Origin: Clostridiaceae bacterium
Lineage (GTDB): Bacteria > Bacillota > Clostridia > UBA1212 > DUPL01
Reading direction: 5' to 3'
Length of the DNA stretch: 43,559 bases
NCBI GenBank assembly: GCA_012522035.1
Contig: JAAYLF010000063.1
Span: 1 to 43,559, forward strand
The notes below the pieces were generated by a model. It had not been told where the DNA came from. It saw nothing but the letters and a program-made list of their open reading frames with translations, and did no database searches. The position numbers and the translations under genes were made by a program. Every line of letters starts with the position of its first letter. Position 1 is the first letter of the stretch. Below are positions 1 to 7,934 of this stretch, piece by piece.

Positions 1-1427
1 AGACGGCTCCCTGTTTCAATCAAGGCAGTAGCTACAGTGGTAAGACTTCCTCGCTCACGCAGGTTTCTTGCGGAACTAAAAAACTTCTTTGGTTTGAACA
101 ATGCTCCAGGTTCCAATCCTCTCGACAGCGACCTTCCTGTCGGTGTAATTGTCAGGTTGTATGCCCTTGAAAGCCTTGTCAGGCTGTCAAGAAGAATAAT
201 TACATCCTTTCCGTGTTCAACAAGCCTTTGGGCTCTTTCCAATACCATTTCAGCCACTTTTATATGCCTTTCAGGCATTTCATCAAAGGTGGAGGAAATT
301 ACCTCACCCTTTACAGACTCTTTCATGTCTGTAACTTCTTCAGGTCTTTCGTCTATAAGCAGCACAATAAGTTCCATCTCAGGATAATTGACCGAAATTG
401 CATTGGCAATCTTCTTGAGGAGAACAGTTTTACCCGCCTTTGGAGGCGATACAATAATTCCCCTCTGTCCCTTTCCTATTGGTGCTATCAGGTCGATTAG
501 ACGTGTGGACAATTCATTCGAATCTGTCTCCAAGACTATTTTTGAATCCGGATAAATGGGAGTAAGCTTGTCAAAAGACTTTCTTTTTGACATCGTTTCA
601 GGTGGGAATCCATTAATCGAATTAATATAGTACAATGCCTGATATTTCTCATTGTCCTTCTGGAATCTGCTCTTCCCTACAATCCTGTCTCCTGTTCTCA
701 GATTAAATCTTTTGATGTAAACAGGGGAAACGTATACGTCCTTGCTGCCGGATACATAACTACCAATTCTCAAGAATCCGTAATTGTCAGGCAATATGTC
801 AAGAATACCATCAACATCGTTGTCAGAATGTGCGTCATATTTCGTTTTGTTGTTCTCCTGTCTTCCGTTTACAGGTTCAGTTGTAGTTTCCTGCGGACTT
901 TCCTCGATTTGTGTTGTTTTTTCTTCTACTACTACTTCTTCCTTTGGTTCTTCTTTTTCCACAACTTCTGCTTCTTGATCGGTTTTGTATGCCTTTTCAG
1001 CATCTTCTGTTTTCCCTGCTTCATCCTCTTTAATGGTTTCAGCAGTTTGTGCAGAACCGTTTCTTCTAAAAACCACCGTAGGCTCAAACTTATTGAACGT
1101 AATTTCCGGTTCTTTTGAACCATCATCACTATTTACAATCTGTCTGGCCAGTATCAACGGAGCCCTCTCTGGCTTCTTTTCCTTTGGCGGTCTGCCTCTT
1201 TTTTTTGGTGTGGCAGTCTCCGCAGCGGAAGCTTCAGTCGTGTCTGTTTCATCATCAAGAGATACACTGTCCAAAACAGCATCTATTTTGCTTTTGTAAT
1301 CCGGAATCTCTTTAATAGCTTCAATCAGACCACTTTTATTGTATGTTGTGGGTGATTTCACACCAATTTTTTTCGCAATAATGCGAAGATCCTTTATATT
1401 TTTTTGATGAAGTTCTATATCTTCCAT
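1..1427 (-). CDS. rho: Transcription termination factor Rho, C-terminus cut by the window edge, with a ~150-aa low-complexity insertion
   Basis: Minus-strand ORF running off the window start, so it is absent from the supplied track. My translation from ATG 1427 reads MEDIELHQKNIKDLRIIAKKIGVKSPTTYNKSGLIEAIKEI (Rho N-terminal motif). Further on are LPDNYGFLRIGSYVSGSKDVYVSP (cold-shock-like RNA-binding domain), LIAPIGKGQRGIIVSPPKAGKTVLL (Walker A) and VLLIDERPEEV (Walker B). SD GGTGGTG lies 5 nt upstream. Confidence 0.9.
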   Translation of the reverse strand, partial: MEDIELHQKNIKDLRIIAKKIGVKSPTTYNKSGLIEAIKEIPDYKSKIDAVLDSVSLDDETDTTEASAAETATPKKRGRPPKEKKPERAPLILARQIVNSDDGSKEPEITFNKFEPTVVFRRNGSAQTAETIKEDEAGKTEDAEKAYKTDQEAEVVEKEEPKEEVVVEEKTTQIEESPQETTTEPVNGRQENNKTKYDAHSDNDVDGILDILPDNYGFLRIGSYVSGSKDVYVSPVYIKRFNLRTGDRIVGKSRFQKDNEKYQALYYINSINGFPPETMSKRKSFDKLTPIYPDSKIVLETDSNELSTRLIDLIAPIGKGQRGIIVSPPKAGKTVLLKKIANAISVNYPEMELIVLLIDERPEEVTDMKESVKGEVISSTFDEMPERHIKVAEMVLERAQRLVEHGKDVIILLDSLTRLSRAYNLTITPTGRSLSRGLEPGALFKPKKFFSSARNLRERGSLTTVATALIETGSR

Positions 1428-1550
1428 CAATACACCACCTTATTATTTATTTTTTCATATATTTTCCATGCTACCATATTAATCAATATCAGGGGGATAA
1501 CAAGTCTAACAGATGAAGACCAATTTGAACCGAGCGATATGCTCATGAAT

Positions 1551-1579
1551 ATAATACACAATAATGTAAAAAATGTCAA
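1551..1579 (-). promoter_or_regulatory. Putative sigma-A promoter for rho (TTGACA-17-TATTAT)
   Basis: On the minus strand TTGACA (1579-1574, overlapping the TGA stop of the upstream gene) is followed by a 17-nt spacer and TATTAT (1556-1551). This leaves a ~120-nt leader before the rho ATG. Confidence 0.4.
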
Positions 1580-2580
1580 TACGAAAGGTTTCTAAGCTTT
1601 ATGCGAATGTCATCACCTACAAATTCCAATAGTTCGAATCCTCCAATTATTCGGGATGCAACCCTTTCACCGTAAGCAGAGAATATGTTTTTAAGACTTA
1701 GATTTGTTGAAATTATGGTTTTGCAAATTCTTTTTCTGGACATTAATTCCCTTGAATTTAATATGTCCAAAAGTTCTGCATATCTTGAACCAGTCTGCCT
1801 CTCGGTCCCCAAATCATCGATTATGAGCAGTTCAGCATTTGTCAAAAGTTCATCCAGTTCCAATGCCTTTTCCCGCTCTTCCTCATCCTGTGAGTACTTT
1901 GAGGCTATGTTGTCAAACAAATCCGGAGCACTCATATATACCACGGGAATGCCCTTTTCGATAAGGGCTATCGCTATGCAGTTGCACATAAAAGTCTTCC
2001 CAAGACCTGCTTTACCTACAAATATAAGATTGTCGGTTTGTTTTGTATGAAAGTTCCTTACAAACTCCTTGCATCTTTCTAGATTTCTAGCCTGGATTTC
2101 CCGGGGAGATACTTTGGTTTTCTCATCCGGTTCATCAGGATACAAATCCAGGTTGTAATCATCGAAAGTTCCACCAGCAGGAGTAACATTTGAATCCTTT
2201 AAAAGACTTTTAATGAGAAGGCTTCTGAAACAAGAACACCTTGAAGAACCGGCTTCACTCTTAATATATCCTGTATCCTTGCAATACATGCATGTATGAA
2301 CATTCTCAAGATAGTCTTCAGGATAACCACTTCCTGAAATCAAAGCCTTTTTTCTGCTTATGGCTTCATTGAGTTTTTGCTTTATCACATCCTGTCTGCC
2401 ACTTCCGTTTATGGCTCCCAAACCAAGTCTAATCCCCAGTTTGCGAATCTCATTATCAATGACAGCTACTTGTGGAACCTTGGAATAAATCTCTTCTTTT
2501 CTCTTGTCGGCAAGGAGCATTGCATTAAATCTTCTTCTCTCGAGTTCATCATTGACCTCTTTGTAGATTCTCTTCCTCAT
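1576..2580 (-). CDS. DnaC/DnaI-like replicative helicase loader ATPase
   Basis: 334 aa with Walker A FVGKAGLGKTF and Walker B LLIIDDLGTE. A zinc-type Cys motif CMYCKDTGY...CSCF precedes the ATPase. The ATGA overlap with the upstream DnaD-like gene (2577-2580) indicates co-translation. Confidence 0.8.
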   Translation of the reverse strand: MRKRIYKEVNDELERRRFNAMLLADKRKEEIYSKVPQVAVIDNEIRKLGIRLGLGAINGSGRQDVIKQKLNEAISRKKALISGSGYPEDYLENVHTCMYCKDTGYIKSEAGSSRCSCFRSLLIKSLLKDSNVTPAGGTFDDYNLDLYPDEPDEKTKVSPREIQARNLERCKEFVRNFHTKQTDNLIFVGKAGLGKTFMCNCIAIALIEKGIPVVYMSAPDLFDNIASKYSQDEEEREKALELDELLTNAELLIIDDLGTERQTGSRYAELLDILNSRELMSRKRICKTIISTNLSLKNIFSAYGERVASRIIGGFELLEFVGDDIRIKLRNLSY

Positions 2581-3596
2581 TTAGTCTCCTTTCTCTTGTA
2601 CAGGTTCTCAAAAAACTCATCATCGTACTGTCTTTCCTCATAATTTCTCATTTGAGGAACATTGTCCCTGTAGCTTGCAGGTTTTGCCTTCTTTTCTTTA
2701 CTATCCTGCGCATATTTCTTTCTGCGTTCTTCCTCATACGCATTTATCATGTCAACCGTATTCAGTCCATTTTTAAACCACTCGGTTATCATTGCATCAA
2801 AAACTCTTATAGAAAACTTGGGTCTTGAGGTGGATTTCTTCAAAGCAATCTCAATTATATCAAAATCATACTTGTATGTATAGAACCACTTGGCAACAAT
2901 TTCTTCCTCATACTCGGTAAGATTTCTGCCAAGCCTCAGCTTGCTTGTTATCTTCCTTACAAGCTCTCTGAACTTCTCATAGCGCAGAAGATACTCTTCC
3001 ACATCCTGTACCGATTTGATATTCCTCTTTGCCCACTCCTGGGCAACTTTTCTTATGTACGGCTTTGTCATGACACCATTGGTCTGGCAATGCTGGAACA
3101 GCATGTACATTGCATCAGGACTGAATCCGTATTGATGAAACCAAAGCTCAATTTCAGAATACCAGCTTCCAGGCATCATTCCGCCAAAAAACCTGTCGCT
3201 TATCAGCTTTACAACCTGGTTTCTGGCCTGGTTTTCATTAATATCCTCAATTTCAACATCATCTGGCTTTAAAGAAGTAATTTTTCTGTAAAACCTGTTA
3301 AGTTCCTTTTTATTGATGTCGCTGATGGCAATAATTTCACCTTGAACACTCACAAGTCCGATTGCTTCAAGTTCTATTAATTTTTCCATCAAAACACTCT
3401 TGTCTATACCTAGAGTTTTTGCAATTGCTTCTTCCGTATACTCCTGATTAAGTTTGGACAAGTAGACGCAGTACACATATATCTTGACACCCAAAGGATC
3501 AAGACCCGGCAAATAGTCTGAAAAGAACAAATCGCTTATTGGCGTTTGTTCAAACATGGGATTGTATGTTTTTTCAATTCTTTTAGGTTTGTCCAA
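2577..3596 (-). CDS. DnaD-domain replication initiation / membrane attachment protein
   Basis: 339 aa. N-terminal winged-helix-like region, then DnaD-type repeat segments (WFHQYGFSPDAMYMLFQHC..., KWFYTYKYDFDIIEIALKK). TTG start preceded by GGAGAA. Coupled to the DnaC-like gene. Confidence 0.7.
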   Translation of the reverse strand: MDKPKRIEKTYNPMFEQTPISDLFFSDYLPGLDPLGVKIYVYCVYLSKLNQEYTEEAIAKTLGIDKSVLMEKLIELEAIGLVSVQGEIIAISDINKKELNRFYRKITSLKPDDVEIEDINENQARNQVVKLISDRFFGGMMPGSWYSEIELWFHQYGFSPDAMYMLFQHCQTNGVMTKPYIRKVAQEWAKRNIKSVQDVEEYLLRYEKFRELVRKITSKLRLGRNLTEYEEEIVAKWFYTYKYDFDIIEIALKKSTSRPKFSIRVFDAMITEWFKNGLNTVDMINAYEEERRKKYAQDSKEKKAKPASYRDNVPQMRNYEERQYDDEFFENLYKRKETK

Positions 3597-3613
3597 AACA
3601 ATTCTCCTTTATG

Positions 3614-4816
3614 TTAATTGATAGGTGCAGTGCCCACCTTGACCGCATGCACAACGAAACGTCCGTCCGTGTATGTGTACCTGTGACAGGTGGAAAGAGT
3701 CAGTATGTCGTCTCTTGAAGATAGAACAATATCGGTTTTTACCACGGATTTCTTCTGCAGCCCTCTGGCAAATTCAAGAAAAGCCTCAGGGGTTGGAAAA
3801 TATGTTTGGATGTAGTAATCATCCGTGGTGGTTTCATAAGCAGAAAATATTTTCCACACAGTAACACCTTCTTTTGTATAGGTGTAAAGGTACTGGTGCT
3901 TGAAAAATATTTCCTCTTTCTGATAATACTTGAGCTTGCCAAACATGTTTCCGTTTCTCATGTTGTGCCCATATATTATATTATTACTTCCAATCTTATT
4001 GTCCTTGCCTGAACTTGATATCCTTTCAGGCCTGTTTCTGTAGTCAAGGAACAGCGAACCTGATGTTCTATACTCCTTGTCTATGTCTCTCTTCAGATAA
4101 AACTCGTTGTCATTGGCTTGAAGGACATAGTAATCTATCTCTGCCCCTTCTCCATAAAGCCACATTACAAAATCACTGTTTCTTGCTTCATTCTCCAGCA
4201 AGGACTGCAAAGTGGCCACCTGTGGATATGTAATTCTTGGGGGAGTTGCCATTGGATACTCGGGAATCTCCCTGTCAGGCGTAACTTCTATCAAGCTGCC
4301 CTTCCCTATATTATACTGCTCCCTTATCCTGACCATATGTTCATAGTCCGCCACATAACCGTAGATCTGCTCCCCAATCATGCCAAGGGCAAAAAGCATG
4401 ACAGCAAGAGCAACGGCTCTGCCAAATTTGTAGAACATGAGATTCAGTTTCCTTCTCTCCCTTTCTTTGGCAGATAGTTTCTTTTTCTTTTTCCTGGGAG
4501 TGATTACCTTGACAGAAATGTTTTCTTTGAACTCCTCAATGCTGCCCTTGTCCGGCACCAAAAACTGAGAAGGAAAATCAAATACCAGGTTTTGTCCTTC
4601 CTTCAGCCTGAACACCTTTGATTTTCGAATCGTGGAGTTATTCTCAAGCTGCCTGTTCAAAACTTCCTCATCTTTCAGGACATCACGAACCTCTGTTTCG
4701 ACCTCATCCGCCAGCTTGTCAAAATATGATTCTCCCTCGCGTATCTTCTCTATCTTCGCCATTTTATTTATATCATCCAATGTCTTTTCAACATCTTCAT
4801 TATTAATATCGCTCAT
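3614..4816 (-). CDS. Class B sortase with a long N-terminal extension
   Basis: C-terminal half carries IIYGHNMRNGNMFGKL and the catalytic TLSTC motif typical of SrtB. One TM helix (VALAVMLFALGMIGEQIYGYV). I prefer ATG 4816 (MSDINNED, SD GGGGAG 7 nt upstream) over the track TTG at 4867. Confidence 0.8.
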   Translation of the reverse strand: MSDINNEDVEKTLDDINKMAKIEKIREGESYFDKLADEVETEVRDVLKDEEVLNRQLENNSTIRKSKVFRLKEGQNLVFDFPSQFLVPDKGSIEEFKENISVKVITPRKKKKKLSAKERERRKLNLMFYKFGRAVALAVMLFALGMIGEQIYGYVADYEHMVRIREQYNIGKGSLIEVTPDREIPEYPMATPPRITYPQVATLQSLLENEARNSDFVMWLYGEGAEIDYYVLQANDNEFYLKRDIDKEYRTSGSLFLDYRNRPERISSSGKDNKIGSNNIIYGHNMRNGNMFGKLKYYQKEEIFFKHQYLYTYTKEGVTVWKIFSAYETTTDDYYIQTYFPTPEAFLEFARGLQKKSVVKTDIVLSSRDDILTLSTCHRYTYTDGRFVVHAVKVGTAPIN

Positions 4817-4953
4817 GAGTATCTCCCCAATTAAGATTCGATATATATAATATACAAAACGGGGCAAAAAAGCAAACAGGATAAATTTACCAACACCCCT
4901 TCATGCCAGTACAAAATATCTGAATAACATGTTACACTGAGATTTAGCAAAAA

Positions 4954-5661
4954 TCAAATGTGGAACTTCTTTCTCATCTCATCTTTTACCCTCTTTTTCC
5001 TCTCAATTATGAGCAAAACCAATGAAACAAGGACAAGAGGCACAAATGCAGCAAGCGACCATTGAAGCTGCACACTGTTATCAATATACATGTCGGTGAC
5101 AATCTCAATCACCACCACCATGAGAGCTGTAAAACTGAAGAAAAACGCCATCATTTTCAATACTCCAAACACCACATACTTTGCAGCCAGGATGATAATG
5201 AGTATGAAAAACGCTGCACACACCACAATCGGCAGTGCAAGAGGCATAAACCATCCTTTTACCGGTACCAGCTTCTCTATTAAAAAGAGACCTAAACTCA
5301 GTGAAACCGTACCAATTAAAAGGGATATTACAGCTCTGTGCTTTGTCACCACAACCAGCGGCAGTACAAAGGACCAAAGAACACCCATTGCAATTGCCAC
5401 ATACAAGGACCAGGTTGCCTTTTCACTGATGACGTAGTCGACAATCACACAGGTTAATGCTGGAAGAAAAGTCAATATGGTCGCAAGAAGTGCGGTCATC
5501 ATCCTGTTTTCTGCAGGCAGGACCACATCGTATCTTCTAGGGTACGCCCTCTCCGCATTTTCATTGTATGGTTTTCTGGGATTTACAACCTTCGTGTCGC
5601 ATAATGGACAATGGCTTTCTGATTCTCTCAATTCAACACCACAATTGACACAGTATGACAT
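4954..5661 (-). CDS. Zinc-ribbon membrane protein of unknown function
   Basis: 235 aa. N-terminal CVNCG...CPLCD zinc ribbon followed by about six hydrophobic helices. SD GAGGGTG upstream. Its start lies 2 nt after the stop of the upstream acyltransferase-like gene. Confidence 0.6.
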   Translation of the reverse strand: MSYCVNCGVELRESESHCPLCDTKVVNPRKPYNENAERAYPRRYDVVLPAENRMMTALLATILTFLPALTCVIVDYVISEKATWSLYVAIAMGVLWSFVLPLVVVTKHRAVISLLIGTVSLSLGLFLIEKLVPVKGWFMPLALPIVVCAAFFILIIILAAKYVVFGVLKMMAFFFSFTALMVVVIEIVTDMYIDNSVQLQWSLAAFVPLVLVSLVLLIIERKKRVKDEMRKKFHI

Positions 5662-5663
5662 AT

Positions 5664-6938
5664 TTATTCACCCTCGTAGTTTTTATTGCTCTCTATTTTC
5701 ACAGGTATGCCCATTTTTACAAGAGAGGTAAAAAAGTCCCTCTCCAAATCACTATCCACCAGCTTGCTGGTAAATGTTATGTTCAGCCTGTCTTTGAAAC
5801 CCACCGCGGAAACCGCATGGGCATTGTTTCTCTGCCTGTTAAGTATGAAATCAAACCTTTCCACATATGGCATCATTTCATCGGGAAGGGTCATCTTTCC
5901 AATGTTGCTGAAAGTACATGTGGTAAGGGATTCGCCATACATCCTGTAGGCCACAAGCATTCCAAAATTCTTGATGAACAAAGGCAGAAGCTTCAGGAAA
6001 GGATTCCTTTCACTTGAAATGTTTGTGCTCATCATTGCATTCATGTTCTTTTCATTTATGTTTAATCCCATGAAATGATGCACCTGCGTAATAATCTCCT
6101 CAAAAGTATAGTTTCCGTAAGCCGGATCCACCCCGGGATTCGTATACAGCACAAAGTTCCTAAAGGACTTGCTGGGGTAAAAAGATCTGAGATTCACAGG
6201 AATGCATATCTTTACAGGTTTCTTTTTTCTGGCACCTTCCCTTTCCTGCCTGTCCAAAAAGCATTTAATCAAAAGCGCACACAAAAACTCCGTGATTGTT
6301 GCCTTGTACTCCTTTGATTTTTCGGAAAGTTTTCTAAGATTAATCTGTCCTGTAATTATCTTTATCTCGTTGTACTTAAGCTCTACACCTTTGGGATGAT
6401 AAGCCTTTCTTTCCTTCCTCGGCTTGTTTACCCTGAAGGAAGCATATTTCTGATAGGAGTCCTCCATTTCCTCATCCGAAGGCTTCTCATTAATATCCAG
6501 AACACCATGGGTATTTGGAATCTCAACACCACCCAGCCTGAGATAATTTGCAGCCAGCGTTTTCAGAAACAGCATGGAGCTGTTTCCATCCGCAATAACA
6601 TGAAACATCTCAACCGCTATTCTTCTTTCATAATATCTAACCCTGAACAGAAACCGGTTCTTGTTGGTTCGAAACCGTCTTAATGGATTTGCCGCATCCT
6701 CGGAGACCTGCGGACAACCCTCCCTGTGCTCCAGGTAGTACCAGAAAAGTCCCTTTTTCATGGTAAGGGAGAAATTAGGAAACCTGGGCAAAGTCATCTC
6801 AAGGGCTTTCTGCAGCCTCTCAGGATCAATTTTCTCGTTCAGAGTTACTGATACTCGAAAATTGTTGGACCACATTGAATTTTTTGTAACAGGAAATATC
6901 TTAGCAGCGTTATCAAGTCTATACCATTTCTTCTCCAT
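5664..6938 (-). CDS. Condensation-domain / alcohol-acetyltransferase-like acyltransferase (HxxxDG superfamily)
   Basis: Contains HVIADGNS, an HxxxDG catalytic motif, at the usual ~130-aa position. I prefer ATG 6938 (MEKKWYRLDNAAKIFP, SD GGAAGGG) over ATG 6971. Confidence 0.55.
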   Translation of the reverse strand: MEKKWYRLDNAAKIFPVTKNSMWSNNFRVSVTLNEKIDPERLQKALEMTLPRFPNFSLTMKKGLFWYYLEHREGCPQVSEDAANPLRRFRTNKNRFLFRVRYYERRIAVEMFHVIADGNSSMLFLKTLAANYLRLGGVEIPNTHGVLDINEKPSDEEMEDSYQKYASFRVNKPRKERKAYHPKGVELKYNEIKIITGQINLRKLSEKSKEYKATITEFLCALLIKCFLDRQEREGARKKKPVKICIPVNLRSFYPSKSFRNFVLYTNPGVDPAYGNYTFEEIITQVHHFMGLNINEKNMNAMMSTNISSERNPFLKLLPLFIKNFGMLVAYRMYGESLTTCTFSNIGKMTLPDEMMPYVERFDFILNRQRNNAHAVSAVGFKDRLNITFTSKLVDSDLERDFFTSLVKMGIPVKIESNKNYEGE

Positions 6939-7815
6939 CGGACAACCCTTCCATAAACTCCTTGATTTCATTCAATGCTTTTATTGATTCAGCCACTTCA
7001 AAACCGTGCCATACATGCCACATCCCCTCATATATGCCAAGTCTGGCTTCCACATTGGCCTCTTTAAGCCTTTCGTACAAAACTTTTGAGTCGTCAAGCA
7101 GCACTTCGTTGGAACCTACATGAACAAGCACAGGACAGAATCCTGTAAAATCACCGTATACGGGTGATATGTATGGATTTTTCAAATATTCCCCGTTGCT
7201 GTACTTAAGAGCCGCAATCCTCAGCTCGTCGCTGGAAAGAATCGGGTCTTTTTTATCCAATATGTTGTGGGATTCATTCGTTATGGTCAGATCCGTCCAG
7301 GCAGACAGGGTAACCATGCCTGAAGGAAGCTCCATGTTGTGGTCCCTTAGATAAAGCCCAAGAGCCATGGCAAGACCTCCGCCTGCGCTCTCTCCCACAA
7401 CCACAATGTTTTTCGGATTATGGCTTTTTGTCATATGTTCCCACACTTTCACGGCATCTTCAAGGGCTCTGGGAAACGGATTTTCAGGAGCAAGTCCATA
7501 CTCAAAAGTCAAAACGTGGCTTTCAGTAATCTGGCATAAAAGACCAGCAACAGGTCTTGAACTTACAAGGGAACCGCTCAAATACGCCCCACCATGCACA
7601 AACAAAATGATTTTGTCCGAGTTTGCCTCCTTTGGAATAATCCATTCCGCAGGACACGGATAATCCGGGGCTGGAGCTATGGTCACTTCCTTTGGCACAC
7701 CTTTAATGACACCTAAAAGATTGTGACCTTTTCTCCTCTTGTTCAAACCAAGGCTGTTGATTATCGGTTTTACCGCTTTCATGCCTATACCTAAAAATTT
7801 ACCTGACTTGCTCAC
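6919..7815 (-). CDS. Alpha/beta-hydrolase esterase/lipase (hormone-sensitive-lipase-like HGGG family)
   Basis: Oxyanion-hole motif FVHGGAY, nucleophile elbow GESAGG, and late D/H residues (DDS..., WHVWH). The track start is TTG 7833. GTG 7815 has the better-spaced SD (AAGGGGA), so the start is uncertain. Confidence 0.8.
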   Translation of the reverse strand: MSKSGKFLGIGMKAVKPIINSLGLNKRRKGHNLLGVIKGVPKEVTIAPAPDYPCPAEWIIPKEANSDKIILFVHGGAYLSGSLVSSRPVAGLLCQITESHVLTFEYGLAPENPFPRALEDAVKVWEHMTKSHNPKNIVVVGESAGGGLAMALGLYLRDHNMELPSGMVTLSAWTDLTITNESHNILDKKDPILSSDELRIAALKYSNGEYLKNPYISPVYGDFTGFCPVLVHVGSNEVLLDDSKVLYERLKEANVEARLGIYEGMWHVWHGFEVAESIKALNEIKEFMEGLSDGEEMV

Positions 7816-7874
7816 CTTATCATCCCCTTTCAACTCCTCACTATATTATACCATACAATCTAAATCCATACATA

Positions 7875-7903
7875 TTGTATTTGACACATCCTGAGTATAT
7901 AAT
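7875..7903 (+). promoter_or_regulatory. Putative sigma-A promoter (TTGTAT-17-TATAAT) for the helicase-like gene
   Basis: TTGTAT 7875-7880, 17-nt spacer, perfect TATAAT 7898-7903, then GGAGG 7922-7926 and ATG 7935. On the opposite strand a TGGTATAAT extended -10 (7853-7845) faces the esterase operon. Confidence 0.4.
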
Positions 7904-7934
7904 GTTTATACAAAGATAATCGGAGGTATGAAAA

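Noticed and set aside
37-1315. Several plus-strand ORFs (37-387, 213-500, 784-978, 828-1118, 985-1299, 1115-1315)
   Set aside because: All are antisense to the continuous minus-strand rho reading frame, whose translation carries unmistakable Rho motifs. The plus-strand products are low-complexity Ser/Phe-rich.
1576-3596. The DnaC/IstB-like ATPase plus DnaD-like protein as an IS21 helper or a prophage replication module
   Set aside because: No transposase, integrase, repressor or phage structural gene is adjacent. The pair sits between a sortase and rho in apparently core context. A second-copy, mobile-element origin cannot be fully excluded without the whole genome.
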